A DNA stretch of 64,000 bases from Paragordius varius (Eukaryota; Animalia; Nematomorpha): positions 620,001 through 684,000 of the forward strand of contig OZ176057.1 of NCBI GenBank assembly GCA_964247055.1, in the 5' to 3' direction. The first letter of the stretch is position 1; every line of letters starts with the position of its first letter. Below, piece by piece: positions 1 to 13,212 of the stretch. The position numbers and the translations under genes are program-made. The notes below the pieces were generated by a model that made no database searches, had not been told where the DNA came from, and saw only the letters and a list, made by a program, of their open reading frames with translations.

Positions 1-1466
1 CTTCATACTAGTTTGAGGCATGATGGAAATGGTATATAAAGGCATTGAGATATTATAAAATCACTTTTCTACGCAATGATGCTGATATTATCCCAGAATT
101 TTGATTCGCTATTGTGTTTTTCTACAAAATTTACCAATTTAAAAGTAAAAAAGATTTGAATTATTATTCCAAGCTATAGAATTGTCAAGCATCATTGTAA
201 AGATTAAGTGTTATTATTAAAGCGTTTTGTACCGTTTCCATAATGATTCAAAATAAAAAAATGGGAAATTATAGGAGCATTTTAAATATTAGTAGTCGAT
301 AAAATTTGGCATATATTTAAAATTTTTATCAATCTCGGCATTTTTCATTTGTTTTACAAAACTGGTCATTTTGATTAAGAGAAAAAATTTAAACCTTCGG
401 AGAGCGCAACTGAAAATTTAAATAAAAATTATTTTAATGTTTTTTATCAAATATTTTAATGAAATTAGGAAACAAGCATTTTCGTCTAAAATATGTGCGT
501 AAAATTTGCCATTTTCCGATATAAAGCAGATACGACAAAAGTGTAAATAACTTTCTATAAATCAATCATACGGCCTAAACTAAAAGCACCTGGATAATCC
601 TGTTATAGTCTATCAGAAAATTTATTGAATTATGTTTTATACCCTTTAATTTGGACGCAGTGTTATGCTTAATAAAACTTTTGTGACATCATTCAAATAT
701 ATCAGAAATAACAATTTTTATATATATGAAATAGGTTGAATGCATATCGGACCTTCTAAACTGGGCTATGTTTAAAATCTTAGCGAGGACACCATAATAA
801 TTTTAAATTAACTTTGCTCTAAATTAATTTCTGAGAGCGTTTTAAAGCAAGGTCGATAACACTTTATATTACCATAAAATGTATTGACACTTAATGACTT
901 GGGCATATTAATACCGAACGATTGGATATTTGACTATCCTACCTATTTTTAAAAAAGTTTATTAGCAAGATTGACCTCTAGGACATAAATGTACCCCAAT
1001 ATGTCATCGCTGAAGTTAATATAATTCGTTGATGCTTTAATTTTTATCTCCTCGGAGGTTTATTTAAAATATTCGTGTTTTTATTTTAAATTCCATTGTC
1101 AATGAATATATACTATTATCTAAAGTTTATATTTTTTAACAGTTAACTTTTTAATCAGTTAGACAAATTTTTGATCGTTTATTTTATATATAACCCATAT
1201 TAGTATTTTACAATATATTTTCGGAATATATATGTACCAACATTTTTTAATGTAACCAAAGACATTTAAGCTTTATAGTTTGGGAAAGAAGATAAATACT
1301 TTTCAATATAATTTGATGCAGAAAAAAAGATCTATCCCCCATTAATTTAGGCAAGCCAAAGCCGCTATTGAAAGCCAAAATGGCGGCAAAATAATTTAAT
1401 CGGGAAAATACGTCCTAAAATTTGAGATGATTGATTGGTTCTGCATCGAATTGTATGGAAAAAGTA

Positions 1467-1470
<4 letters not shown>

Positions 1471-1500
<30 letters not shown>
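1471..1500. repeat. (TA)n microsatellite marking the truncation point of SPCA fragment copy 1
   Basis: Pure TA run directly abutting the end of the ATPase-like sequence. Confidence 0.95.
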
Positions 1501-1504
<4 letters not shown>

Positions 1505-2480
1505 ACATTCGGGTCGCATTATATAACAATTTTTGTCGTTCTTTTTCTCCAATCCCTAAAGCAAAATTTGAAACAGCAGTTGTAAGCATTTCCTCCATAA
1601 ATTGCTTTTGCCAATAATCTTTGGTGAAAGAATAGTATGTATTGCGTTTGTTCATTACAACTTCGGGCGCACCTTTTAGCGCTACCAATATCGTATCATT
1701 TTGATTTGATCGAACGCTGCCTACAACTTGCATATATTTCCTCTCAGATAAAAATGGGGTTTTCTTAACTCTTTGTACATCATATTGAAATCTTTTCAAC
1801 TTGCCTTCGCCAATTTTATTAGCGGATTCAGTAGGGAATATAGGACTGCTCGTATTATTGTCGCTACCATTTTTGGGCGATTGATTTGTGGAAAAATTTG
1901 ATTTTGTACAGAGTGAACCAACTGATAGCAAACGTATTACATTAGATTACAATACTGATAATATTGGGTGATTGGTTATCAAACTTGAGACCAGAAATTT
2001 GGTCCATAGATATTACCTTTCCTATTTTACTGTCAATCTTATAGAAACCATCATCAGGTTATATATCCGTTACTGTCATTCGATTACTAGTTTATGTTCT
2101 AGTTTTATCCAATCACAAAACATCTTCTCGAAATAGAATTTCAACTGTCGGTAGTTTTTTGATAATGATCCGTTTTTTAGTACGGATAACACCGAATACT
2201 GTAACAACGATGGGAAGCCCCCCTGGAATAGCTGCTATCGCTAAACTAACAACAATGGTAAACATTTCAAGCAATGGACGTCCCCTCAAATATTTCATGA
2301 GTATAATGAGCGCTAATATGCAAAGACTATAAAAACTGAGTTGTTTTCTAATCGATCCATAGATTTTTATAAAGGAGTTTTAGGTGCTTGTTCAACTTTC
2401 ATTCGTTTTAATAATTCACCAAACTCTGCTCTCTCATTCGTACCAATAACTAAATCCTTTGCCTTCCGCTGTACACCAAA
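1500..2480 (-). pseudogene. ATP2C1: SPCA-type Ca2+/Mn2+ P-type ATPase fragment, copy 1
   Basis: Minus-strand translation gives [91 protein letters not shown]. This matches the SPCA segments [38 protein letters not shown] and KGA. It has in-frame stops and frameshifts, no visible intron and no C-terminal TM region. Confidence 0.85.
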
Positions 2481-2978
2481 GTTCAAAAAAATAAGCTTTT
2501 CAACTTTTTAAATAAACTTTTTTAAGGGTATTTATATTATATTAAGTATACTCTCTCCTTTGTTAGAAGAAGTGCAAATCATGAACCAAAAAAGATTCTT
2601 TGAAAACATATAAGATAATGCCAAATAGTTAATTACTTACTCCTCCAAATAAATCTTTGTAGTTTAGGAAACGGTTAATTATACACAATTTTTTTGATTA
2701 AAATCCAAGTTAAGCTTTTTATTATCATATCATAATTCAATCATTACTGACAATTGCAAAACAACTTATTATGTATTATTGGTATAACAGTAAGAAAAAC
2801 AAATTGGAATATATAATTTATTGAAAATTTATGATTTATCAGATCACACTGCAAATTAAATATTTAAATTTTGAAATTTCGAATCCATTTTTTCATTGAT
2901 TTATTCTTGGCTTTTCTCACCTGTTAATGTAAAAGAAAATGGAAATTATTTAAGCCTCAAAAATTAAAATACGAATTG

Positions 2979-3500
2979 TCAATTTATTACATTTGAATCA
3001 AAAGTTTCCTCTTCCCGTATTGTTGGCATTAAACAATTTAAAGCCACAAAATGTTTAACGGGATATACAAACACCTTTGCCATAGGATACCCTATTTCAT
3101 AGTACACAGAAGGGTCTGGTACATTGATTACATTTTCAAATGACATCTTTTCGTCTTTTTGGTCAAATTCTTTAGCACACGCAAATCGTTCGCAAAAATT
3201 CAAAAATATATCTATCAACTCGCTTTTTCTATCATTTAACCACATCCACTTCCAACTAATCCACACTTTCGCACCCATAAAATAGTCCCCTTATTCAGAT
3301 TAAAAATTGAATTTGACATATTATTCATCTTTAGAAGATTAAAGTTTCAAATTAAAAAACCCTTAAAATTCGTAATTATAAATTATAAAAGATTAATGTA
3401 AAATCTTTATTACCTCCTTTCCCGAATCTCAAAAATTTGAAAGATTTTGATGACATTTTTGTGTCAAACAATTTAGAATTATGTATTCTATATGTTCCAT
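2979..3500 (-). pseudogene. Unidentified ORF family 'Q' (MGAKVWISWKWMW...VPDPSVYYEIGYP), copy 1, with a probable upstream exon ending FLRFGKG
   Basis: A 99-codon ORF recurs at 13274, 17626(+) and 18993. An upstream putative exon (3413-3500) ends in G|GTAAT and is in phase with an AG acceptor near 3330, but the intervening frame has TAA stops. No family was recognised. Confidence 0.45.
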
Positions 3501-5689
3501 ATATTATAAAAATATATTAATTATATTCATGTTTATAAATTGCTGAGCAATTACCATTTTGTGTTAGTTTAGGGTAAAATTTTTAATATTTAATAATAGG
3601 GGAAAAATGTGTTTGACTAATTTATCAGTGTTTACTACATATAAAGGTTTATTGTCAAAATGATTGGATGAGTTGCTAGAATCGGTCGTCCTTTTTAAAA
3701 ATTCATAAATGCGAGTTTTAATTTAATGTTTAGTTATCTAAAATTGCTTTGGTTATATTCTAATATACACAAATAAGATTACGGTTTTAAAGAAAAAAAT
3801 AGGGTTTGTGTTTATAGTTTTTAGCGAAAAGAATCTCTTGTTTTCTCCAATCTATTTTTGGTAAATGGCTGTTAATACTATTACATTTTACACATTCTAA
3901 TTTATTAATGAGAATGGTTTAAATTGAATCTTAATACATAATTAATTCCGATATATTGTTTAACTATATGCCAGATTTAGTCATAAGTCATGGCTTTTAG
4001 AGACAGGTTTAATGACAGATGAACATTTGTTGTTATAATATCTATGAACAATTCACCACGCAAATTCATTCTGCCTAAAGTTAGTGATTGTACGTTTCAT
4101 TAATTTTCATATTTTGATGCCTTAATTTAACTGATAAATTAACCGCGAGATCACGGCATTTTCGTGTATTTAAGAGAAAAAAGCCATTTTGGAGAGGGCT
4201 GAAAATTGAAGTCCGAGCCCTCGTCTAAAAATATTAATACAAATACTTTGATTTAAAATTTAGTTATTAATATATCTTAATGATAATATATATAGCGTTT
4301 TGATTTCCCTAAAAATCATTCTAGCATTATGTGGAAAACAGCATTTTATGGACGATTTATACAAAAGTGTTAATATTTTGTTCTTAATGCTTCGTAACCT
4401 TAAACCTCAAATTAAAAAGATCCCATATATATTTTCTTTAAAAAAAAATATATTTTATTATTTTTTGGGCACGTATCTTTTAATAAAAGATTTAAACCAT
4501 GCGGTAAAAGGAAATGTTTTCTTTAAACTAAATAATTAGTTTAACACTCCCAAACCCAAAGATGCCATGTGTACCAGGTAAAGTAATTAGCTACTGCTTT
4601 ATCCAAGAGAAAACAGCAAAAATACTAAGACGATTAATTTGATACAGACTAAATTTCGTTCATCTAAATATAAACGACAAACACAATGGTATATTTTTCA
4701 AAGAACATATTTTCGTCATTTAAAAAATCTCTTTAGTACAAAACAATTAAAAAACTATGTCAACAGACTTTCAATCGTTCACATCGTTTTCAAAGATTGC
4801 ACACTCGCACGCATCCCATATTCCCCTTTTAGTTTAAATTTTAATACAACAATAAATCTAATGATTAGACATATATTTTTAATAAGGTAAAAAATATTTT
4901 TAGAATACTTCGTGTTTTGATAAATATAATTAAACTTATGAATTATTCAAAGAATATTAATATACTTATCAAAACATTTTAAGCCCTTTTCCCGAATCTA
5001 AACATTTGAATCATTTTGATGACATATTTGACTTAGAAAATTTGGAATCGTGTGCTCTATATTTTTTTACAATATTAATCAGGGTACATTAGATAACCAT
5101 ATTTGTAACTACCCGCCATTGAGTATACATTTTGTAGTAAGCGAATAAGAATGCCTTTAACGACTGATAATCCGTTTTTTTAATAGTTTTCTTAATGTCT
5201 TAATGGCAACATGGATGTGTTGCTGTCCTGGTCGACTATTTTTAATTATAGTTTTCCATAAATTTCAGTTTATTTTTCTGCCAAGGTTGATTGTTTTGAT
5301 TTGAATTCCTGATAGCATTTTAAAAAAACCAGAATAAGTATTCGGTTAGCAAAAGAAAAATGTGTTTTTTTCATAATGAACTTTTCTAATTTATCTTTGG
5401 GCTATAGTTTATTTTATACATCTTTTGCTTTTAATGTGATTGAACATTAAATTATATATACGGTTATATTGTTTAATAAATGCCAGTCATAGGTTATTTA
5501 AGAAGGAGTCAAATTACAGACACGTCTGAAATCTAAAAACAAACCACACATATTCCCGCCAAATTATCGCGTCTATTTTTACCATTCTATATGTTAAATT
5601 ATTAGTGCCTGAAAAAGAAGAGGGACATTTACTTATTACTTCCTAAGAAAAAGGCTGTTAAAAATCATCATTTATTGGTAATATAGCCA

Positions 5690-6400
5690 ACATTTGATTA
5701 AAACAAAAGTTTTAAAATGTGAAGATCGTATCAAACAGCTATGAAAACGATCAAGTGCAAGAGTTACTGGATGGTGTCCCAACAAAACTTTGATAGTATT
5801 GGTAGAATCATTACATGTATAACAAACAATATGATCTGCGAGAATGGGAAAAAACCAATAAACTCTCTAAATTCCAACACTCGGAAACTACAAAGTGACT
5901 AGTGAAATTTTTATTCAACCTCACTAGAAGAAATTATTATAGCACCAAATTATGACGGGTGTTGTGTTAATAATCTTATCAGAAAAAATAGGTTATCCAT
6001 GCATGCTGGTCTATAACATCTGGGCATATGACCATGTTATATGTCTGGTGAAACCTTACTTTAAAATCCCGCTCAAAGCCTAAATACAAATGCTGTTAAA
6101 CACTGATTGTTTTCGACCATCAATTTAATAAAAAACGGAATGGGCCAGAAGACAACGCAAAGCGATGTTGATACCTAAGCCAACAGTTAAACAAGTCAAA
6201 AAATTCCTAAATTGGTTGGATGTGTCGCATTTTCCTGACCTAACGCCATCTGATTAATATATATGCGCATCAATGAAACAAACCCTCGCAGAGCAGCGCT
6301 CAAATAACTTAAAAGACGTTAAATGGAACACATGGGTTTCCGACAATCAATTTTTCTAGCATATTCAATTATCTGAGAGATCAGAGAAAATAAAAAATAA
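5690..6400 (+). mobile_element. Degenerate Mos1-like mariner transposase remnant
   Basis: Pieces translate as YENDQVQELLD, RMGK, VTSE, TMLYVW, WARRQRK, PDLTPSD, ASMKQTLAEQR..VKW and LSER.EK. These are colinear with Mos1 YEDAELQALLD, EMGKIQK, VTGDEKW, TMLCVWW, YSPDLAPSDY, ASMGHALAEQRF and LPERWEK. Many stops; TIRs not recognised. Confidence 0.8.
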
Positions 6401-6492
6401 TTTAATCATTTGGTTTAAATTCTATTTACTTTTTACATATATAATTTGTTGCGGACAATTTGGTGATTATATTTGGTTTTTTTCATTTTCAC

Positions 6493-6652
6493 GGGGTACC
6501 CAGAACGTCGTGGCGGCGACTTCTGGACACCCCTGATTTAAAGTATAAAGGGCGATCGATCCTCATTTGATGCTTTAATTGAATTGCATATGATTATTGA
6601 AATTTTTCGCCGGGGGCTCAAAAACTCGTGGTCGCGAGTTTTGAACCTCCGG
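6493..6652. repeat. Pair of GC-rich ~45-bp hairpins (family repeated ten times in 6.5-27.9 kb)
   Basis: Type A is GGGGT(A/G)CCCAGAA-GTCG-TGGCGG-CGAC-TTCTGGACACCCC. Type B is GGGGGTCCAAAAACTCG-TGGCGG-CGAGTTCTGAACCCCC. Copies start at 6493, 6612, 9579, 9701, 14391, 15003, 24665, 24781, 27691 and 27816. Confidence 0.85.
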
Positions 6653-6734
6653 AATTAAACCAATGTGAGTTTTTTTTCATATCATATATGGGATGTCATG
6701 CGCCTGGCTATGGATTTATATCTATTGTAGTAAA

Positions 6735-7452
6735 CTAAATAGATTGAGCTCTTGATTTTAAAGCTAAAATTGGATATTCCCTATTTGTTTTAACATAAAT
6801 CATTTTTCTTAGAGAGAATATTTCTTCAATAAGGATAACAATAGAGGATATCCTTAAAGTTTCTTGCTGATTTTTTAATATCGAATAATTTGTTTTATCC
6901 ATATTTATAAATACAACAATTGGGAATAAACAAACATTTTTGGGGGTTTGAGTTTGTGGAAAATTTTCTATCTTTATATGGAGAAAATATACTTTCAATC
7001 TGTATATCACAAGATGTAACAGATGAAATAAGCTATTACCCAGTATATATTACATTTAATCAATTCTTTCATCTTCTTGTATTGTCGGCATTAAACAGTT
7101 ATGCAGAAAAGGTTTTACTCAATATATTTATCAATGGATAGCTTTTTTGATAGTTCAAAGCAAAGTCTGATATCCTTAGTATATAAAATACATTTTATTG
7201 CCATTTTGATAGAGTTCGCTAGTACACGCAAATCGTTTTTATTCACAATCGTTTAATTTTAAAACATGGATAAAACAAATTAGTATTTATCTAAATAAAA
7301 AATATTACTCATAAAAGAAATATTCTCTATTCTAAGAAAAATGATTTATGTTAAAATAAATAGGGATAATCCAATTTTAGCTTTAAAATCAAGAGCTCAA
7401 TCTCAACCTTTAGTCTGGTACAAAAGATATAGATGCATAGCCAGGCGTACAA
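6735..7452. other. Inverted pair of unidentified 'MDK' ORF-family copies (minus 6735-6905, plus 7266-7452)
   Basis: The reverse complement of 7262-7452 aligns with 6697-6905. Both encode MDKTNY...LRKMIYVK.NR..PILALKSRAQS-like text; the plus copy is broken. Confidence 0.6.
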
Positions 7453-8819
7453 GAAATTTTATTTATGACCAGAAGATATAATAATTCAAAAGTTAAAACG
7501 TTACCCTGTTTTGATTATGATCATAGATTCAAAAAGATAAAATTTAAATATTACCTATATGGAAATCAAAACACTTTGTTACCCGTTACTCATAAATATA
7601 TGATAATTATTTCGGGTAACAGATAAAATATGGTATACATTTTATTTTACATTTGATTCAAAACTTTCATCCTCTTGTATTGTCGTCATTAAACAACTTG
7701 GCCAAAAAATGTTTTAGTGAAGATAAATATCCACTTTTCATTGAATGGCCAATTTCAATTACCAAAAATATGGCACACTGATTAAAGTTTAAAGAACATT
7801 CTTATTCTCACATACTTCTTTTGTGAAGACAAATAGTCTACAATAATTGAAAAACGAATCTGCCAACACAGTTTTAGATATAAATGTTTATTTAGAAATT
7901 AGGAATAAAATATTTTATTAAGTTTTAATGAATAACTCTTAACAGTTGAAGATAAATCATTCAAAGATTAATATCAGTATACTAATGAAAAGATTCGTAC
8001 CTCCTTTCCCGAATCACAAATATTTGAATTTCTGGGTATTTCACTTAAAAAATTTGGAATTAAGTGTTCTATATTTTAAATATTTATATGCAGTACATTA
8101 GATACACATGTTTGTAAATAACGGTATTTTTTGGCATCTGAGGATGAATTTTGTCAGATAACTAAAAGCTATGTTATCGAAAATAAAAATGCGTTTAATT
8201 ACTGATTTTTAACTAATATATTCTAAATATTTTAAGTGTCACTGGATGGATGGATGCTTTGGTGAATAATATCTTTTGAAAATTGCGATTTTTAGTTTTG
8301 ATGTTCTCCCAGGGTTGCCCAGGTTTTTTGAAATTGGGCTAGTTTTAAAGAACCGAATAAAAAAACGCTTTTAAAATAAAACAATGTTTTTCTGTTCATG
8401 GATTTCAGGAAAAAAAATTGTTTTTCTCCAATCTAATGTTGGTATTATCGCTGTGATTAAAGCTTCATCTTTTACATTATCTAAGTTTTTGATCTATATG
8501 GTTAAGGTTGACAATATAATTCCTAGTTTGATACGGTTATTTTTTCCGTATTTAAGAAAAGTATACGAAAAATACGCTAATGATTATTTTGTTAAATACA
8601 GTTTGTTAGACGACATTGAGTAAGAAACCACACATAGTGATCCCACCACGTTATTTTTATCATTAATTAATCATTTATATTATTGCCTGATAAAAAACAT
8701 TCGCGGCACTCATTACTTATTCCATCATTAGATAAAAGCTGTTAAAAAATAATCGTTTGCCGCTAAAAATATATGGTAATTCGATTATAACTTGCTAATC
8801 ATGATCTCGATTACAGTTG

Positions 8820-9480
8820 TGATTAAATATGAAGCGGGCGCTTGCTGAATCAAACAGCTGCAAATACGATCAAACAAAAGAGTTTGGATGATGTCCCAAC
8901 ACAAACTTCATATAACAATTGCTAGAAGTATTACATGTATTAAAATAAATAAAAAGATATGGGAAAAGCCAATAAACTCGATAAATTCCAAAATAATACG
9001 AATGAACGTCAAAAGTTTCAAAGTGTCTAGTGAAGTCATTCTTCACCTCACGAAAAAAAAATATTTTAGCATCGAATTGGGACAGTTTATGTGTGCCTTA
9101 CAAATCCTACCAGAATAAATTATTTTTTCATGCCGGTCTACATCCTGGTCAGTTAGACCATGTTACATGTGTGTTCGAATCAAACTTTCAAAACCCGCTT
9201 TAACCCTAAATAAAACGCTATTGCCAAAAACTGATTTTCGGCCAAGAATTAATTAAAAAACACACGCAGGCCACAAAACAAGTCAAAGCGATTTAATATA
9301 TTAAGTTCTCAACCGTAAAACCAGGGAATGATAAAATAGATTGGTTCAATAGGCCGTTGAACTCTCCGGATCATACCAACTGATACATCTACGCATCAAC
9401 ACTTATTTTGAAGACGTTGAATAGCTAAATCAGTTTTTCTTGCACATTCAATTATCTAAGAGATCAGAAAAAATAAAACA
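8820..9480 (+). mobile_element. Degenerate mariner remnant (older paralog of 5690-6400)
   Basis: Same order of blocks: CAAACAGCTGC..ACGATCAA, ATGGGAAAA, GACCATGTTACATGTGT, AACTCTCCGGATC (SPD) and ATTATCTAAGAGATCAG, followed by the hairpin pair. Confidence 0.65.
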
Positions 9481-9917
9481 ACAATTTAATGAATTGGTTT
9501 AAATTGTATTTATTTTTACGTATATTATGTGTTGCAGATAATTTTGTGATTAAATTTGTTTATTTCTCAATTTTTCACGGGGTGCCCAAAAAATCGTGGC
9601 GGCGACTTCTGGACACCCCTGATATGAACTATAAAGTGCGATCGATCCTCATTTGATGCTTTAATTGAATTGCATATGTCCAGTATTTATTCAAATTATT
9701 CGCGGGGGGTCCAAAAACTCGTGGCGGCGAGTTCTGAACCCCCGGGAATTGGACCAATGTTTTGAGTTTTTCTTTTCATATTATATTAAACCAATATAAT
9801 GATTGAAGTTGCTTATATCTTAATAAACCGGAAGGAAAAAGGATGTGTTAATATTATCAATTTGGGTTTTTTCCTCTAATTGTAAGTTTTCATGTTTAGA
9901 GTCGTTCTTTTAATACA

Positions 9918-10154
9918 TCATAAATGATAAATTCTCATGCGGGTGGAGATGTTGGCATATCTTTGGTACCATAACAAATGATGATGTTTATGTATTTTAG
10001 AAAGTTTTAACGATAATGCTAGATTGTCATTACGAAGTTTGATATAATACATTTTTCGGAGAATGTTGAATATTTGTTTTATTAAAGAAGCGATAGATAT
10101 GACTGCTAATATTTCTCTTTGATTTTGTAAAATAGAATAGTTTATTTTATCCAT
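9918..10154 (-). other. Unidentified 'MDK' ORF family member (MDKINYSILQNQREILAVISIASLIKQIF...)
   Basis: 78-aa ORF; paralogs at 10420-10677, 10943-11200 and 28032-28268, with diverged copies at 6735 and 7266. Coding status is unproven. Confidence 0.3.
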
Positions 10155-10159
10155 TTTTC

Positions 10160-11550
10160 AAATCAAACAAAATTATAAATTAACTAACAATCACTTTTGA
10201 TAACTAAGTATATAGAAGGAGCACGTCATAAATATGCATCATTTAGTATAGTGTGGAAATACAACATTACCTGTATAAACCAAGATTCGATACTATTTTT
10301 TAATATTTAAAGCAGTTGATAACTTTTTGGGGTAGTCTAAACCGGAGTTTTAAAACTTTATCTCAAATTGGCAGTTAAATATTGCTATATAAGAATCGCT
10401 AAAACTGTTTTTAAACTTTTCATTCATGTTTTGTTGTTTTAACATCAAATGATAGGTTCTCATGCGCATAGATGTAGGCATATCTTTGGTACCATAACAA
10501 ATGATGAGATTTATGTATTTTAGAAACTTTTAACGATAATGCTAGATTGTCCTTACGAAGTTTGATATAATACATTTTTCGGAGAATGTTGAATATTTGT
10601 TTTATTAAAGAAGCGATAGATATGACTGCTAATATTTCTCTTTGATTTTGTAAAATAGAATAGTTTATTTTATCCATTTTTCAAATCAAACAAAATTATA
10701 AATTAACTAACAATCACTTTTGATAACTAAGTATATAGAAGGAGCACGTCATAAATATGCATCATTTAGTATAGTGTGGAAATACAACATTACCTGTATA
10801 AACGAAGATTCGATACTATTTTTTAATATTTAAAGCAGTTGATAACTTTTTGGGGTAGTCTAAACCGGAGTTTTAAAACTTTATCTCAAATTGGCAGTTA
10901 AATATTGCTATATAAGAATCGCTAAAACTGTTTTTAAACTTTTCATTCATGTTTTGTTGTTTTAACATCAAATGATAGGTTCTCATGCGCATAGATGTAG
11001 GCATATCTTTGGTACCATAACAAATGATGAGATTTATGTATTTTAGAAACTTTTAACGATAATGCTAGATTGTCCTTACGAAGTTTGATATAATACATTT
11101 TTCGGAGAATGTTGAATATTTGTTTTATTAAAGAAGCGATAGATATGACTGCTAATATTTCTCTTTGATTTTGTAAAATAGAATAGTTTATTTTATCCAT
11201 TTTTCAAATCAAACAAAATTATAAATTAACTAACAATCACTTTTGATAACTAAGTATATAGAAGGATCACGTCATAAATATGCATCATTTAGTATAGTGT
11301 GGAAATACAACATAACCTGTATAAACGAAGATTCGATACTAAATTATAATATTTAAAGCAGTTGATAACTTTTTGGGGTAGTCTAAACCGGAGTTTTAAA
11401 ACTTTATCTCAAATTGGCAGTTAAATATTGCTATATATAAGAATCGCTAAAACTGTTTTTAAACTTTTCATTCATGTTTTGTTGTTTTAACATCAAATGA
11501 TAGGTTTTCATGCGCATAGATGTAGGCATATCTTTGGTACCATAACAAAT
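10160..11550. repeat. 523-bp tandem array (about 2.7 near-identical units)
   Basis: Identical 85-aa ORFs at 10420 and 10943 (period 523). Only a handful of differences between units by eye. Confidence 0.95.
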
Positions 11551-11551
11551 T

Positions 11552-12680
11552 TAACAGGATCCCTACCAACAAATCCTAAAAATGTTAACTGTCCTTATTC
11601 CTGGGATTCTTGGGCCATTTTTGTCCAAAAATGGGTTTAGTTAACCGTGTGTGCTGAAAAAGCAACGGCCCAAAACCCGTAATCCACTTCAGATATTCGG
11701 GTCGCATTATATAACAATTTTTGTCGTTCTTTTTTTCCAATCGATAAGGCAACATAGGTGTAAGAAACTTTCATTAATTGCTTTTGCCTATAATTGTTGG
11801 TGAGAAAATAGTATGTATTGCGCTGTTTATTACAAATTCGGGCGCACCTTTTAGCGCAACCAATATGGTATCATTTTGATTTGATGGAACCTACAACTTG
11901 CATACAATTTCCTCTCAAATAAAAATGGAGTTTTCTTAACTCTTTGGACATCATATTGAAAACTTTTTAACTTGCCTTAGTCAATTTCATTAAGAAAAGT
12001 ATTAGTAAACCGGATTCAGTAGGGAATATATGACTGCTCGTATTATTGTCTCTAGCAGTTTTGAGCGATTGATTTGTGGGAAAATTTGATTCAGTACAGA
12101 GTGCACCAACTGATAGCAAATGTATTACATTAGATCACACATACTTATAATATTGGGTGATTGGTTATCAAACTTGGGACCAAAAATTTGGTCCATAAAA
12201 AATACCTTTCCTATTTTACTGTCAATCTTATAAAAACCATCATCAGGTGTGTATATCCGTTAATGTCATTCGATTAGTAGTTGATGTTCTAGTATTATCC
12301 GAACACAAAACATTAACTCGACCTAGAGTTTCAACAGTCGGTAGTTTTTTCATAAGGACCCTTTTTTAGACATACGGATAACACCGAGCGCCAATTACTG
12401 TCAAAACGATGGGAAGTCCCTCTGGAATAGCTGCTACCGCTAAACAAACACCAATGATAAACATTTCAAGCAATGGACGTCCCCTCAAATATCTCATGAG
12501 TATAATGAGCGCTATTATGAAAATACTATAAAAACTGAGTTGTTTCCCCAATCGATCATAGATGTAAAGGTATTTTGGGTGCTTATTCAACTTTCATTTG
12601 TTTGAATATTACAAACTTTGTTCTCTTACCCGAACTAATAACTAACCCCTTTGCCTTTCCGCTGTACACCAAAGTTAATC
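11552..12680 (-). pseudogene. ATP2C1: SPCA-type ATPase fragment, copy 2
   Basis: Includes [51 protein letters not shown] and GQLTFLGFVG.DP (SPCA GQLTFLGLVGIIDPP). It has stops and frameshifts. Confidence 0.85.
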
Positions 12681-13212
12681 ATAAAGGCAAATGGTTTAAG
12701 GAGGTATGTGCATGATCTTTTGTCTTCAACTTTTAAAATCAACCTTTTTAAGGGTATTTATATTAATTTAAGTATACTCTCTCCTTTGTGAGGGCGTGCA
12801 AATCACACCCAAAAAATTTTGGAAAACTAAGATAACTACTCGGTCCAAATAGTTAGTTACTTAATCATTAAAACATATATTAAAATCTTTCTTACATTAG
12901 AAAACAGCGGTTAGTTATACAAAAATGTAAATTTTTGCGACAAGTTATGTGGAAGCCTTTTATTATCATTATTATAATTCAATCCTTACTGACAATTGCA
13001 AAACAACTTATTATGTATTATTGGTATAACAGTAAAAAAAACAAATTGGAATATATAATTTATTGAAAATTTATGATTTATCAGATCACACTGCAAATTA
13101 AATATTTAGATTTTGAAATTTCGAATCCATTTTTTCATGGATTTATTCTTGGCTTTTCTCACCTGTAAAGAAAATGGAAATTATTTGAGCCTCTAAAATA
13201 TAAAAAACGAAT

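Larger units (their letters stand above)
2500..10410. repeat. Segmental duplication block 1 (paralogous to 18770-28496)
   Basis: Colinear high similarity by eye, e.g. 2760 vs 18775, 4690 vs 22795, 5700 vs 23880, 8000 vs 26110, 9935 vs 28035. Block 1 lacks about 2.1 kb that is present at 20645-22790. Confidence 0.95.

Noticed and set aside
1435-1617. Short ORF-track entries such as 1435..1617, 31992..32195, 32223..32417 and 47315..47521
   Set aside because: They are I/Y/F/K-rich translations of TA repeats or intronic low-complexity DNA, several antisense to or overlapping real exons.
3075-3125. PSVYYEIGYPMA as a nucleoside 2-deoxyribosyltransferase/TIR-like motif
   Set aside because: Only a short motif resembles it; the surrounding sequence gives no support without a profile search.
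3278-3330. Shared in-frame TAA codons in Q copies as evidence for a non-standard genetic code
   Set aside because: TAA terminates MRPS9 and the plus-strand SOUL gene normally. Shared stops are explained by duplication after pseudogenisation.
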